Sequence record: PX092659.1
Length of the DNA stretch: 64,000 nt
Reading direction: 5' to 3' (one strand)
From: a phage
Positions 30,656 through 40,680 of the stretch are shown here, piece by piece. Below the pieces are notes generated by a model that was given only the letters and a program-made list of their open reading frames with translations, was not told the origin of the DNA and ran no database searches. Position numbers and translations under genes: made by a program. Numbering within the stretch: the stretch's first letter is position 1; each line of letters starts with the position of its first letter.

Positions 30656-31429
30656 TTAGTCGTCCAGATCGCTTGCAGCTTCTTGGTCAATACCTTTCTG
30701 GGAACCAGCATTGCTGTTACCAGATTTGGCATCATCATCTTTATTCTCACGACCTTCCATGAAGGCTTGAATTGCTTCCTTCTGCTCTTCATAGGTAGGA
30801 ACCGGATAGGTTTGTTCCAGAGAAGGAACTTTTTCGAACTTAATGATGTCACCATCTTCATCACACATAGCTTCACCGATCAGATCTACATCCGCAGCAT
30901 ATTGCTTAGATTCCGCACTGTTAGGATCTTGCAGCTTAATCTGGAACTGCATAGCAGCAATCTGCTGTACATCATACTCAGTATCGAAACCTTTACCTTT
31001 TTTCTCGATAGAAATATCAATATCAAACGGAGTTGCCAGGTTCAACTGCTTCATGATAGACTGGATGCCTTTCAGAATAGTAGCCTTGACTTCCATTACT
31101 TTCAGTTTGTTATCAGAACGGTCAATAACAAAAGCAATATAGTTTTTCTTCGGTTTCAGCGGAACACGATTACCGTCTTTATCCAGCTCTTTCTCAAAGA
31201 AGCCCATCTCATGAACCGGATCGGCTTTACCACGAACAAAGCTCTCTTTGTCACGGTTGAAACGAAGACATTCGAAAGGAGCTACGCTACCCTCTTTATT
31301 AGTCAGCCAATAGACATAACGTGGAAGAACACCAGAAACGATACGAACACGAGTGATACCGTTGTTGAACTTCAGGAATTCGATTTTATCGTTAGAACCG
31401 CCAGTAGTTTCGCCCCAAGACTTAGCCAT
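30656..31429 (-). CDS. D11-like abundant early protein, possible ssDNA-binding protein
   Basis: 257 aa, strong SD AAGAGGA, E. coli-optimal codons, acidic C-terminal tail (DQEAASDLDD) reminiscent of SSB tails; function is inference. Confidence 0.4.
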   Translation of the reverse strand: MAKSWGETTGGSNDKIEFLKFNNGITRVRIVSGVLPRYVYWLTNKEGSVAPFECLRFNRDKESFVRGKADPVHEMGFFEKELDKDGNRVPLKPKKNYIAFVIDRSDNKLKVMEVKATILKGIQSIMKQLNLATPFDIDISIEKKGKGFDTEYDVQQIAAMQFQIKLQDPNSAESKQYAADVDLIGEAMCDEDGDIIKFEKVPSLEQTYPVPTYEEQKEAIQAFMEGRENKDDDAKSGNSNAGSQKGIDQEAASDLDD

Positions 31430-31706
31430 ATTTTATTTCCTCTTTAAAGATTAATTTCGATTTGTTAATTGCGATTAGTGGGTTAGTGTCGATTACTAAA
31501 CGTGGTATCCATACTGGAACATATTGTATGTCCAAACTAGGATCGTTTGTAAACTTGTATTCGGCATAATTTCGTAGACTTAAAATTCCTAGATATTCTG
31601 CCAGTTGTCTATTAGACAATTTATTTGGATTATCAACTATTGTTGATTCATTCAAAATGAATGAGGAACCGACCAATAATTGGTGAGCATCAGGCTCCAT
31701 AAGCAT
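31422..31706 (-). CDS. hypothetical small ORF (questionable)
   Basis: 94-aa ORF downstream of tandem promoters; no SD, rare codons; may be untranslated leader of the D11-like gene. Confidence 0.25.
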   Translation of the reverse strand: MLMEPDAHQLLVGSSFILNESTIVDNPNKLSNRQLAEYLGILSLRNYAEYKFTNDPSLDIQYVPVWIPRLVIDTNPLIAINKSKLIFKEEIKYG

Positions 31707-31813
31707 TCTTTTGAATAGCTTAATAATTAAGTCGGAATTTCCTCTAGCTAGTAAGTATAGCTTTTCATAATCGAAGAATTTAATTTTTGTTTTCTCCTCG
31801 AATTTATGTATAT

Positions 31814-31843
31814 ATTATACTAGATTTCGAGAGAATTTAGCAA
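31814..31843 (-). promoter_or_regulatory. T5-type early promoter (copy 1 of tandem pair)
   Basis: minus strand TTGCTA(31843-31838)-18 bp-TATAAT(31819-31814) followed by ATAAATTCGAGGAG start region. Confidence 0.6.
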
Positions 31844-31914
31844 CTAAAATTTTTATTTTTCTGCTTCGGACTTTCTTATCAATCCGAAACTTTCTCTCTC
31901 AAATTTATGTATAT

Positions 31915-31943
31915 ATTATACATCATTTATGAGCTGTTGCCAA
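31915..31943 (-). promoter_or_regulatory. T5-type early promoter (copy 2 of tandem pair)
   Basis: minus strand TTGGCA(31943-31938)-17 bp-TATAAT(31920-31915) followed by ATAAATTTGAGAGAG; -35 lies inside 3' end of helicase gene. Confidence 0.6.
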
Positions 31944-33279
31944 ATGCAATTTTAGCTAATTGAACTGCTTTCTCCGGAGTCATAGTAATAGTTTTCCACC
32001 CGTTGTTACGATATACTGCCATACGTCCAGAAGCCTGTCTTAGTCCAGTGCCACCTTTCATAATTAGATCTACAACAATAGGGTCGAGTTTACCCTCGAC
32101 AATACGTTGAACACGGCCTGCAAGCTGTTCAATGAGAGATTCATTATTAATGAGGCTTCCCATTATTAAACAAGATAGCTCATTAAGGGAAATACCTTCA
32201 GAGAAGATACTTTGAGCTGCTGCAAGTACACAAGGGCCACCTTTTGCTATATCTTCCTGAATTTTTAACCGATCATCAAGTGGGGTTGCGCCAATAATCT
32301 CATAGGTTGTGACGCCTCGCTGAGATAGTGCTTCTAGTACTGTTTGGATTAACTCTGTTCTATCACTTACAATGAGTACTTTATGTCCCATATTCACATA
32401 TAAATGTGCTAGGTTTATAATAGTCTCTCGATATTCATGGTGATTATATACATCGTTAGCACGTAATGCCCATGGTACGTTTTGGTTCCCTGATAACTCA
32501 ACAGGTACGGAGTATCTATGGATTGTAGGTGCAACAGTATTATTAACCGGTGGGCTAAAGATCTTATATCCAAAGAAATCTTTGAACATAACTTGTAGAC
32601 CATCTTTACGTTTTAATGTTCCAGATAGCCCAATCTTATAGCGAGCACATGATATTTCTAGGAAGTTAGTGAAAGTTGTAGCCACACAATGGTGAACTTC
32701 ATCAACTATAACAGTACCGAATACTTTAGAAAGATTATTCGCATGTTTATTCACTGTTTGAATATTACTGACCACAATTGGTGGATCAATATTGTATTTT
32801 CCAGAACCTATGATACCAGGTTCAAACCCAAACCATTTACGAACTTCTGCTGCCCACATTTCACGAATGGATGTATTCGTACAGATTACCAAAGTTTTCT
32901 GGCCAAATTTATACGCAAGTGCAAGGGCTAGGATAGTTTTACCAAATCCAGGCTTACCATTAATAATACAGGTATCATCACACTCTTCATATATTGGGAG
33001 CTGGTCTTCTTCACGCAGTTTGAACTTAGGTTTTGGTATATCTACCGGAGCTAATGTGCGTTTATCTACTAATTCGTATTTTACTCCTTTAGCATCTAAT
33101 AAATCTAGACGCGTGATAGGAATCCACTTAATCTCTTTGGCAACAACACCACTATTCTTATACATAATAGGGTATTTACTAGTCATTGTCTCAATGTGAT
33201 AAGTGGTTTGCTTACTACAATAATCCCAAAGTTCATCATCGGGCTTGAAATAGGCTTTATTAGATATAACAACCTTCAT
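31927..33279 (-). CDS. SF2 DNA helicase (T5 D10-like)
   Basis: 450 aa; Walker A GKPGFGKT, DExH box VIVDEVHH, helicase C-terminal domain motifs. Confidence 0.8.
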   Translation of the reverse strand: MKVVISNKAYFKPDDELWDYCSKQTTYHIETMTSKYPIMYKNSGVVAKEIKWIPITRLDLLDAKGVKYELVDKRTLAPVDIPKPKFKLREEDQLPIYEECDDTCIINGKPGFGKTILALALAYKFGQKTLVICTNTSIREMWAAEVRKWFGFEPGIIGSGKYNIDPPIVVSNIQTVNKHANNLSKVFGTVIVDEVHHCVATTFTNFLEISCARYKIGLSGTLKRKDGLQVMFKDFFGYKIFSPPVNNTVAPTIHRYSVPVELSGNQNVPWALRANDVYNHHEYRETIINLAHLYVNMGHKVLIVSDRTELIQTVLEALSQRGVTTYEIIGATPLDDRLKIQEDIAKGGPCVLAAAQSIFSEGISLNELSCLIMGSLINNESLIEQLAGRVQRIVEGKLDPIVVDLIMKGGTGLRQASGRMAVYRNNGWKTITMTPEKAVQLAKIAFGNSS

Positions 33280-33773
33280 AATTTTATTCTAAGTCTAGGA
33301 ATTTCAGGCTCCTCTTGATGGACTTGATAAATAACAGGGCTATTATTTACCAGAATATAGCTTATATAAGCTGGAACATAGGATAATACAAATGGATATG
33401 GAACTTTAGCTACATAGCATTGGTATTTTCCGTTATAAATTCTAGCTGAATGCAAAACTTTAGAGGTGACAACATCATAGAACGTAGTTTTCTTCCAGTT
33501 AATAAGATTTCCATCAGAATCTATAAATTGGCTACGCTTTGACCCAACTAATTGAGACAACATTGATATTCTACCTCTAATAGGATAGAGCTTGTATGGT
33601 AATTCTTTCCGTTTCTCAAATAGAATAAGTCTACGTTGAGAAAAAGTGCCAGGCAACTTCCTGTTATCTAGCACATATTTATTATACCTTGTTATAATTA
33701 CGGAATAATCACCTTCTTGCTCAATTGATACAAACGCCCGTAAAGCATATACGGGCAATTTGAAATCAAGCAC
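33276..33773 (-). CDS. hypothetical protein
   Basis: 165-aa ORF uninterrupted in AT-rich sequence, GTG start overlapping DNA polymerase stop; rare AGA/AGG/ATA codons. Confidence 0.4.
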   Translation of the reverse strand: MLDFKLPVYALRAFVSIEQEGDYSVIITRYNKYVLDNRKLPGTFSQRRLILFEKRKELPYKLYPIRGRISMLSQLVGSKRSQFIDSDGNLINWKKTTFYDVVTSKVLHSARIYNGKYQCYVAKVPYPFVLSYVPAYISYILVNNSPVIYQVHQEEPEIPRLRIKL

Positions 33774-36333
33774 CGAGAATCCTTCTCACGTTATCCAAAT
33801 CTTTACATACAGCAATAAACTTATCATCCTTGTATTTGCTATGATCTGGATGCTCTTTATCCATTGCAGCTAGTTTCTTATACTCGAATTCTGCATCAAG
33901 TAATACACCCTTGACATAACGAGTATATTCATCATCATCAATACAAGCGATTGATGGATGCTGCTTCTTCATCTTACCACAAGAGTAGTCACGAGAACCT
34001 CCAGCTTCAGAATCAGAATCAATACCAATCGGACAACCAGGAATACTGATACCGCGGTCTTTCTGAATATTACGAATCAGGATTTCATTGTATTGGTCGA
34101 TCAAATCCTCACGAACAATAGCAACTACGGAGTCGTGAACCAGCATAACAATCTTCATCTCTTGTTCTAGGCCAAGAGAAATGATCTCATTATCTGCATC
34201 TACAGCACCTAAAAGGAGGCTATCAGAGGAAGCAGACTGAATGATTGCGTTAAATCCAGAACGAATTTCTTCACCCTGAACACCACGGTCTTCGGAGTGG
34301 ATATTGTGCAGACGACGCTTACGACCAAAGTGACTATAGATAAATCCATGATTCTTGATCTGATCGTGGCACTTATCAATCCAACGCTTAAGCTGCGGGA
34401 ACTGACCGAAGTAAGTTTCGATATACTCTTTAGCATCTGCAACCGTACATTCTACAAACGGTTCGCCTGTCTTAGCAGCCTGTTCCAGAAGAGCTTCGTT
34501 AACAGAATGAGCTACTTTAGCTGGGCCAGAACCATACAAAATACCGAAGGTAATTGCCTTAGCAGCCTGACGCAGAGCTGGGAATAACTTTTTAACATCA
34601 CGAGGTTCACATTGCAATTTAAATACCATGTGGGCGATGTTAGAGTGGAAGTCGGGGTATTTATCAGGTTCATTTCTCATGTTGATAAATACCTGTTGCA
34701 TATTTCTATCACCAGATAGAACAGCAGCATAATAAACTTCCGCAGTTGTTAAGTCCCATGCGATTACACGATACCCGGGAGGAGCTACTACACAACCCTT
34801 GATAATAGATTCATCACGAGGTAACTGTTGCAGGTTCAGTTTACCAGAAGAACTCAGACGACCAGAAGTAGTCATATGTTCATGGAAACCAGTACGAATG
34901 CAACCATCAGCATCAATGCTCAGAAGAATCTTCTCAACGTAAGTAGAGATTAGCTTAGTCAGCTTACGAATCTCTAGTAGAGTCTTAGCAATTGGATGCT
35001 GTGTAGACAGTTCGTTCAGAGCTTCTGCATCTGTAGAGTCTGCTCCAGTATCCGTCAATTTACCTGTTGGAGTTAAGCCAACATAATCAAACAGAAGAAC
35101 ACGTAGCTGCTTAACAGAGTTTGGGTTAAACGCTTCGTTCTGATCTTTCTCTAGCTGAACGACTTCTGGATAAGTATACAGCTTTTCACGAGCTTTATTC
35201 AGATTATGAGTTAACTGGTACTGAGCTTCTTTTAAACGATCAATAGAAATAGGTACACCACGATCCTCAACACGCTGGAGAAATACACAACCAGGCATTA
35301 GAACATCATAATACAGACTGCAAAGTTTTTCATTCTTCTCAATTTTTGGTAAGAAGAAATTGTGCAAACGTATGGTGGCATCGGTATCTTTTGCAGCGTA
35401 AGGCCACATAATATCAAACGGAATTAAATCATATGTGAAATCTTCTTTCTTGATTTTATGTGCTTTGCAGTAATCATCTTTGAACTTATCTAGTTCAAAG
35501 TCATAGTCACCCATATCTGTATACTTCATTGCTAGAGATTTCAAGCCATGAGTACCACGACGCTCATCTAGAACATAATGCTGCAACATAGTATCATGGA
35601 GCCTGCGTTCTTTATGTGCTTTATCAAAAGTAAGTCCCAGATGGTACTTATAAAAGTGCATATCAAACTTCAAGTTGTGAAAAACAATAGTGTGGTTTTC
35701 ACTATCCAGAATTTTCTGGAGATAATATACTGCAACCTCTGTGAGACAATCAGAATCGATATATACACCCTGGTACTCTTGGTGAGATATAGAAACACCA
35801 AGCAGATAACCATCTCGACAGTATAGTGCTGAGGTTTCGGAGTCGAATGCGACAGGTCCGATAACCATATTATACACCATCTTGATATATTCTTCCGCCT
35901 CGTCAGGGTCAGTAATAGGACGGTAATCACCAGCTTTTGCAATCTTCTCACGACCATTGATAATATCGTGGATATTCTCTACTGTTGCATCGAAAACTGG
36001 TTTCATTTCAGGCTTAAAGTGTAACTGGGCTGGGCTGATACTCGCAATCCAGTTAGCATATCCATTATACTCTACACGTTTACCAGTATAGTCACCAATG
36101 CCTTTCTTACCTGCGAAATACAGGAAAGGTTCAGCACCTACTAGTATAACAAAATCATAATCATTCGGGTCAAATGGGTTTTCCGGGGTCCCGATAGTAA
36201 TATGTTTTTTGAGCAAACGACCGGACAACTTCTCGTTACACATATGGAATACATCAACTTCCTCGCCGTATAGCTGGAAATGTTTATCGTAACGAGTGTT
36301 GTTTAGAGCTTTATCAACTACTGCGATTTTCAA
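33766..36333 (-). CDS. DNA polymerase, family A, with 3'-5' exonuclease domain
   Basis: 855 aa (same as T5 polymerase); exo motif VAFDSETSALY; pol motif B RQAAKAITFGILYGSG; motif C MLVHDSVV; TTG start with SD GAGGAG. Confidence 0.92.
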   Translation of the reverse strand: MKIAVVDKALNNTRYDKHFQLYGEEVDVFHMCNEKLSGRLLKKHITIGTPENPFDPNDYDFVILVGAEPFLYFAGKKGIGDYTGKRVEYNGYANWIASISPAQLHFKPEMKPVFDATVENIHDIINGREKIAKAGDYRPITDPDEAEEYIKMVYNMVIGPVAFDSETSALYCRDGYLLGVSISHQEYQGVYIDSDCLTEVAVYYLQKILDSENHTIVFHNLKFDMHFYKYHLGLTFDKAHKERRLHDTMLQHYVLDERRGTHGLKSLAMKYTDMGDYDFELDKFKDDYCKAHKIKKEDFTYDLIPFDIMWPYAAKDTDATIRLHNFFLPKIEKNEKLCSLYYDVLMPGCVFLQRVEDRGVPISIDRLKEAQYQLTHNLNKAREKLYTYPEVVQLEKDQNEAFNPNSVKQLRVLLFDYVGLTPTGKLTDTGADSTDAEALNELSTQHPIAKTLLEIRKLTKLISTYVEKILLSIDADGCIRTGFHEHMTTSGRLSSSGKLNLQQLPRDESIIKGCVVAPPGYRVIAWDLTTAEVYYAAVLSGDRNMQQVFINMRNEPDKYPDFHSNIAHMVFKLQCEPRDVKKLFPALRQAAKAITFGILYGSGPAKVAHSVNEALLEQAAKTGEPFVECTVADAKEYIETYFGQFPQLKRWIDKCHDQIKNHGFIYSHFGRKRRLHNIHSEDRGVQGEEIRSGFNAIIQSASSDSLLLGAVDADNEIISLGLEQEMKIVMLVHDSVVAIVREDLIDQYNEILIRNIQKDRGISIPGCPIGIDSDSEAGGSRDYSCGKMKKQHPSIACIDDDEYTRYVKGVLLDAEFEYKKLAAMDKEHPDHSKYKDDKFIAVCKDLDNVRRILGA

Positions 36334-36394
36334 ATTTAATCTCCTCTTGGTAAGTAAGTATAACTTCAGTGTTTCTTCTCTAACTTACCAATAT

Positions 36395-36424
36395 ATTATA
36401 CCAAATCTTTGAGCGATTCAGCAA
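36395..36424 (-). promoter_or_regulatory. T5-type early promoter upstream of DNA polymerase gene
   Basis: minus strand TTGCTG(36424-36419)-18 bp-TATAAT(36400-36395); overlaps 3' end of primase gene. Confidence 0.5.
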
Positions 36425-37286
36425 CTAAAATTTCAATACGTTTTGCTAACATATCAATTTCATCTTTGTTTAAATCACCTGGGTCTTTACCTTCAGGCAG
36501 AAGAAAGTTAGCCACTACAGGCGTTAAACGCGTTTTTGTACGAATTAGCTTGGCCAACGCTTGTGCAGCTTTATTACCAGAAGCATCATTATCTAGTAAG
36601 ATAACAACAACTTTTACACCAGCAATAATATAAGGACTGAACTTATCTGCAATGTTATCCGAGGTAAACTGATGTGTACCAAAGCAGCAAGAAGCATAGT
36701 CTATACCATTATCCTCTAGGTTCAGCATATCAAAGATACCTTCAACTAGAATAAGAACTGGAGTATTATATCGTACAGGGAAAATCGGTGGTGAAACTTG
36801 TTTTGGTTTTACTAAGTATTTAGGAGGGGCAGAACTGTTTATAGAACGACCCAAAAATAGGATATTGCGTCCAACAGCATCTGTGATTGGGAATACAATT
36901 CTGCCTTCCCAATTTTCTTGGTGTTGGAAAGCAAAATATTTCTTCAAGGTCTTAGAACTTATACCTCGGAAATCACCTTCGAAAAGAAAGGCAGATTCTG
37001 GGATTGCAAGATTCGTAGATCCATTTCTAATTTCAGAAATTTTTTTACGTACTTGGGATAGTCTTGGAGATTGTCTATATTGAGTTTCATTAAAATAATG
37101 ATAAATACTAGGTATACCTTTGCCAAAACCGCAACTCAAACAGTGCATAATCCCGGTTTCAGGATCAATACGCAAACTTGGGTGTTTATCGTCATGATCT
37201 GGATTCAGGCAGCATATAAGAATATCTCCTCCAGTATCTTTATACTCAATTCCTTTCAGATCAAGTAGTTCTGTTATTCTACTCAT
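36396..37286 (-). CDS. DNA primase (zinc-finger CHC2 plus TOPRIM)
   Basis: 296 aa; zinc finger CCLNPDHDDKHPSLRIDPETGIMHCLSCG; TOPRIM motifs LVEGIFDMLNLEDNG and LLDNDASGNKAA. Confidence 0.82.
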   Translation of the reverse strand: MSRITELLDLKGIEYKDTGGDILICCLNPDHDDKHPSLRIDPETGIMHCLSCGFGKGIPSIYHYFNETQYRQSPRLSQVRKKISEIRNGSTNLAIPESAFLFEGDFRGISSKTLKKYFAFQHQENWEGRIVFPITDAVGRNILFLGRSINSSAPPKYLVKPKQVSPPIFPVRYNTPVLILVEGIFDMLNLEDNGIDYASCCFGTHQFTSDNIADKFSPYIIAGVKVVVILLDNDASGNKAAQALAKLIRTKTRLTPVVANFLLPEGKDPGDLNKDEIDMLAKRIEILVAESLKDLV

Positions 37287-37816
37287 GCGTTTAGCTCCTC
37301 TAATGCAGGATAATTAGACGGGTCGAATATTTCTTGAATAGCGTTTTCCCCATGGAACTGTAGTCGTAGCTTATTAATCTTATCTATTGCTGATTCTAAA
37401 TTCTGGTACTCAAAATATCCACCGAATACTTTCTTTTTATTGGTATCTCTTAGTTGAACTTGCCATTTTTGCCTTTGTTTATTCCAACTAACTCCTATAT
37501 ACCCTGATTTACTTTTAGCTGCTTTATTCCTACTATTCTCTTGGTGAGAAGAATCTTTAAGATTAACCCAACGATTATCACTTCGTATACGGTTTATATG
37601 GTCTACCTCTTCAGGTAAATAACCTTCCATATAGAGAAAAGCTAGTTGATGAGCATAGTAAGGCTTTCCATCTACCCATATACATATATAATCATCTTTT
37701 CTTAAAGAACCAGCTATACTACCAGCTCTTTGATTGCCTCTAGATACTTTTCTAGTAAACTCCCCAGTTCCTGGGGAGTAATCAAATAACTCTTTTAGCC
37801 TTTCCTGTGTTATCAT
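37283..37816 (-). CDS. HNH homing endonuclease with AP2-like domain
   Basis: 177 aa; HNH core AHQLAFLYMEGYLPEEVDHINRIRSDN; YIGVSWNKQRQKWQVQ AP2-like; ATGA overlaps with both flanking genes (helicase stop and primase start). Confidence 0.8.
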   Translation of the reverse strand: MITQERLKELFDYSPGTGEFTRKVSRGNQRAGSIAGSLRKDDYICIWVDGKPYYAHQLAFLYMEGYLPEEVDHINRIRSDNRWVNLKDSSHQENSRNKAAKSKSGYIGVSWNKQRQKWQVQLRDTNKKKVFGGYFEYQNLESAIDKINKLRLQFHGENAIQEIFDPSNYPALEELNA

Positions 37817-39279
37817 ATATCGCTGGCCTGTTCACCTGTTGAATTTTCAGCTTTGTCTTTCTTAGCACGTTTAGGTTGAGCCGGCTTATCCTTCTCAATA
37901 GGGATAACGAACTCAGCTTCCATTTGAGATATATCTTCCATTGCTAGGTTGGTAGTGTTATCCATTCGCAGAGTTTCCCAGTTCATTTTAGGCATAAACT
38001 TCACGCTATCAGAAGAACGAGTCTTAACGAAGTCAAACATAATAGCACCTTGACCATTATCAGCTTTTGCAGCATTAAGATTAGCAGCCATGTCTGCGGA
38101 ATCAAGAATCCCCTTTGACATACGTGTTCTACCATCCTGATCGATCTGGTAAGGAGCTACACCAGCCACGTTATGTTTCTGGCAGATAGATTTGAAAGAC
38201 GAGCTAACAACCATCTGTTCTTTCCAGTCATACATATCAATGGTTTTAGAATCTGGAAGTCGGGTTTGGTTAATATAGTCCAGTAAAGCTACTGTAACTT
38301 TATCACCATATCTAGCAACTAATTTATTTAACTCTACATCAACTGTTGTAATGGACAGTTCAGGGTCATAAACGATAATCATAGGAGTATGTAGTTCATA
38401 CCCCTCTATTAGTTTACTCTCCATATCGTAGAAATCACTCATCTTAGCCATTGTGTACTGTTTAACAAAGTTATCGAAAAGCTCTTCACCACCATTAAAC
38501 ATTCTAGCTCTAGTTCTGGCTAATCTCAACAGAGCTGCACCTTCTAGAGTATTATTACGCATTGCTAGTGCTGATACACCAGCTAACATGGCTAGATTAC
38601 GTCTAAATACTTCATGTTCTTTCATCTCAATTGAGAAGTATGGAGCAATATCTCCATTCAAATATTGCTGAACCTGTATGTTTGAACAGATAATGGATTT
38701 ACCAGTACCACGCCAACCACCAAGCAGTAACGTTTCTGTGCGAGCTAAACCAATTTGAGCGTCGAACTCATTACAAATACCAAGAGCGATTAAGTTCAGT
38801 TTGGTATCTTCTTCTCTCTGGAAAATACGCATGTTATCTGCGTTGAATACTTTTCCAGTATTCGTTACTTTCTCTTCTAATTTTAAGTGAAGGGAGGCAA
38901 CTCGGTTGAGAATTTCTCCCTGATCCAGCATTGTTAAATCTTGAAGCACGTCTGTTTCTAGAAGCTTCAGGAATAAATCCTGTGTATATTCGGCCTCTAG
39001 GACTTCAAGTGCCTGTTCCATGCTCACTTCTGGAATTTGAGTGTTAGCTAAGACGACTAGAGCTTGAGAAAGGCGGGCGTTCCTATTAGCTTCAAGCATA
39101 AGTGCGTCAATGGACGGCATTGTGTTATATTTTTTATAATAATTCTGGACGGCTTGGTAAATTGAGGAGAAAGCGTCATTAAAATGATCTTTATGCAGTT
39201 TTGAGAATGTTTCCAATGCTATTTGCTTCTGTTCGGAAGCTAGAAGCATCTTCAACACTACAGCTTGCACGTTAAACAT
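37813..39279 (-). CDS. replicative DNA helicase, DnaB-like RecA-fold ATPase
   Basis: 488 aa; Walker A LLLGGWRGTGKS, Walker B-like IIVYDPELS; N-terminal helical domain; adjacent to primase. Confidence 0.65.
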   Translation of the reverse strand: MFNVQAVVLKMLLASEQKQIALETFSKLHKDHFNDAFSSIYQAVQNYYKKYNTMPSIDALMLEANRNARLSQALVVLANTQIPEVSMEQALEVLEAEYTQDLFLKLLETDVLQDLTMLDQGEILNRVASLHLKLEEKVTNTGKVFNADNMRIFQREEDTKLNLIALGICNEFDAQIGLARTETLLLGGWRGTGKSIICSNIQVQQYLNGDIAPYFSIEMKEHEVFRRNLAMLAGVSALAMRNNTLEGAALLRLARTRARMFNGGEELFDNFVKQYTMAKMSDFYDMESKLIEGYELHTPMIIVYDPELSITTVDVELNKLVARYGDKVTVALLDYINQTRLPDSKTIDMYDWKEQMVVSSSFKSICQKHNVAGVAPYQIDQDGRTRMSKGILDSADMAANLNAAKADNGQGAIMFDFVKTRSSDSVKFMPKMNWETLRMDNTTNLAMEDISQMEAEFVIPIEKDKPAQPKRAKKDKAENSTGEQASDI

Positions 39280-39853
39280 TATCTAGCAGCTCCTCTGTAA
39301 AGTTATCCGCTATATTCTGCGGTTTAACCCTCTCTATATCTAGAGCATCTAGAGCTGCGAAATCTCCATACAGGGCTAAAAGCAGCTTATCTCTATACCA
39401 CAGAGCTTCTCCTAGAGTTTTTAGGGTTTTTCTAAATACTTTGGAGTTTTTAGATATGGTTACTTTAAATGTGTTATTTTTTGTTACTTCTATATTACGA
39501 ATGCCTAGCTTGTTACCTATAAAGCTATTAGCGGAATTTTGAGAGGAAGTAACTTCACGTAAGTTATTCCAAGTATTATCAGTTTTAATTCTATTTTTAT
39601 GATCTACCTTGTCAGGAATTTCTCCTTCCATGTATAGAAAGGCCCACCTATGCGCTCCCATAGATTTTTGTATACCTGACTCTAAGGTTATCTTTATATA
39701 AATGTAGCCCGATGAATGCATATAGCCTGCAGGTTTGTTAGCGTGCTTAGCATTGAACGCAGGATTATTTTCTCTAGGTAGCCAGTAAAAATTTCCAGTA
39801 TCAGGCTCATATCTTAATAATGTTTTAAGATACTGCTGGGTAATCTCCCCCAT
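39272..39853 (-). CDS. HNH homing endonuclease with AP2-like domain
   Basis: 193 aa; HNH core AHRWAFLYMEGEIPDKVDHKNRIKTDN; C-terminal AP2-like segment. Confidence 0.75.
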   Translation of the reverse strand: MGEITQQYLKTLLRYEPDTGNFYWLPRENNPAFNAKHANKPAGYMHSSGYIYIKITLESGIQKSMGAHRWAFLYMEGEIPDKVDHKNRIKTDNTWNNLREVTSSQNSANSFIGNKLGIRNIEVTKNNTFKVTISKNSKVFRKTLKTLGEALWYRDKLLLALYGDFAALDALDIERVKPQNIADNFTEELLDNV

Positions 39854-39861
39854 TATGTAGC

Positions 39862-39897
39862 CTTCTAATATACAAGAAAGGAGAACCGAAGTTCTCC
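39862..39897 (-). terminator. intrinsic terminator after D5-like gene
   Basis: minus-strand GGAGAAC-UUCG-GUUCUCC hairpin followed by UUUCUUGUAU. Confidence 0.7.
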
Positions 39898-39912
39898 TTA
39901 TCTGCCTTCTAA

Positions 39913-40680
39913 TTATTCAGCAGCCGCAGCTTTTGCATCCAGTTTAGCACGCTTAGCGGCACCATCATAGTCCTTAGCAACCAGACCACGACGGGACAGC
40001 ATAGATTTAACACCACGCTCAGACTTACCAGTTTTCTCAGCGATCTCAGCAACAGTCATGTTAACCAGATCCAGACCTTCTAACAGATCTTCACGAGTTT
40101 TAGCACTTGAAGTTTCCTGTACCGGCATAGCCGCAATACGACCTTCACGGAGCAGGCTCAGAGCTTTACCACGGATCTGCTTAATATTGCGACCGAAGTG
40201 AGCAGCGATAGCTTCAATAGTAGCACCAGCAACAACCTGATTAACAAAGTCAGTTTCTTCATCCGGAGTGAAGGAACGAACAGCAGCAGCTTTTTCAGTT
40301 GGTTTAACAGAAGCGGTCATTTCCAGACTCAGGATCTTACCCTGTACCTGTTTAGCACCAAACTGACCACCAGCTACAGCAGCAGCGATTTCAGCATAAG
40401 TATACTGACCAGCATGAGCGTTCAGGAAATCAACCAGTTCAGCTTCCTGCTCAGGAGTCCACGGGGATTTCTGTACTTCGTTAGCTTTCTGTACTTCGAA
40501 ACCTTCTTTACGCAGCTTAGAGCCAACAGAGCGAGCGGTAACGTCTTTGCCAGTTTCAGCAGCCAGTTCAGCAGCGATAGCCGCTACTTGTTCTTGAGAG
40601 ATTACAGCAACACCCAGAGCAGTGGCTTTTGCTTTCAGAGACTCGGTTACACCTTCTACGTTCCAGTTCAGTTTAGACAT
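39913..40680 (-). CDS. abundant early DNA-binding protein with three internal repeats (D5-like)
   Basis: 255 aa, Ala-rich, E. coli-optimal codons; three repeated helix-turn-helix-like modules (TYAEIAAAVAGGQFGAKQVQGKILSL / TIEAIAAHFGRNIKQIRGKALSL / TVAEIAEKTGKSERGVKSMLSR). Confidence 0.5.
   Translation of the reverse strand: MSKLNWNVEGVTESLKAKATALGVAVISQEQVAAIAAELAAETGKDVTARSVGSKLRKEGFEVQKANEVQKSPWTPEQEAELVDFLNAHAGQYTYAEIAAAVAGGQFGAKQVQGKILSLEMTASVKPTEKAAAVRSFTPDEETDFVNQVVAGATIEAIAAHFGRNIKQIRGKALSLLREGRIAAMPVQETSSAKTREDLLEGLDLVNMTVAEIAEKTGKSERGVKSMLSRRGLVAKDYDGAAKRAKLDAKAAAAE

Noticed and set aside
30683-31447. 254-aa ORF on + strand
   Set aside because: Antisense to the D11-like gene in a region where all genes are on the minus strand; no start context
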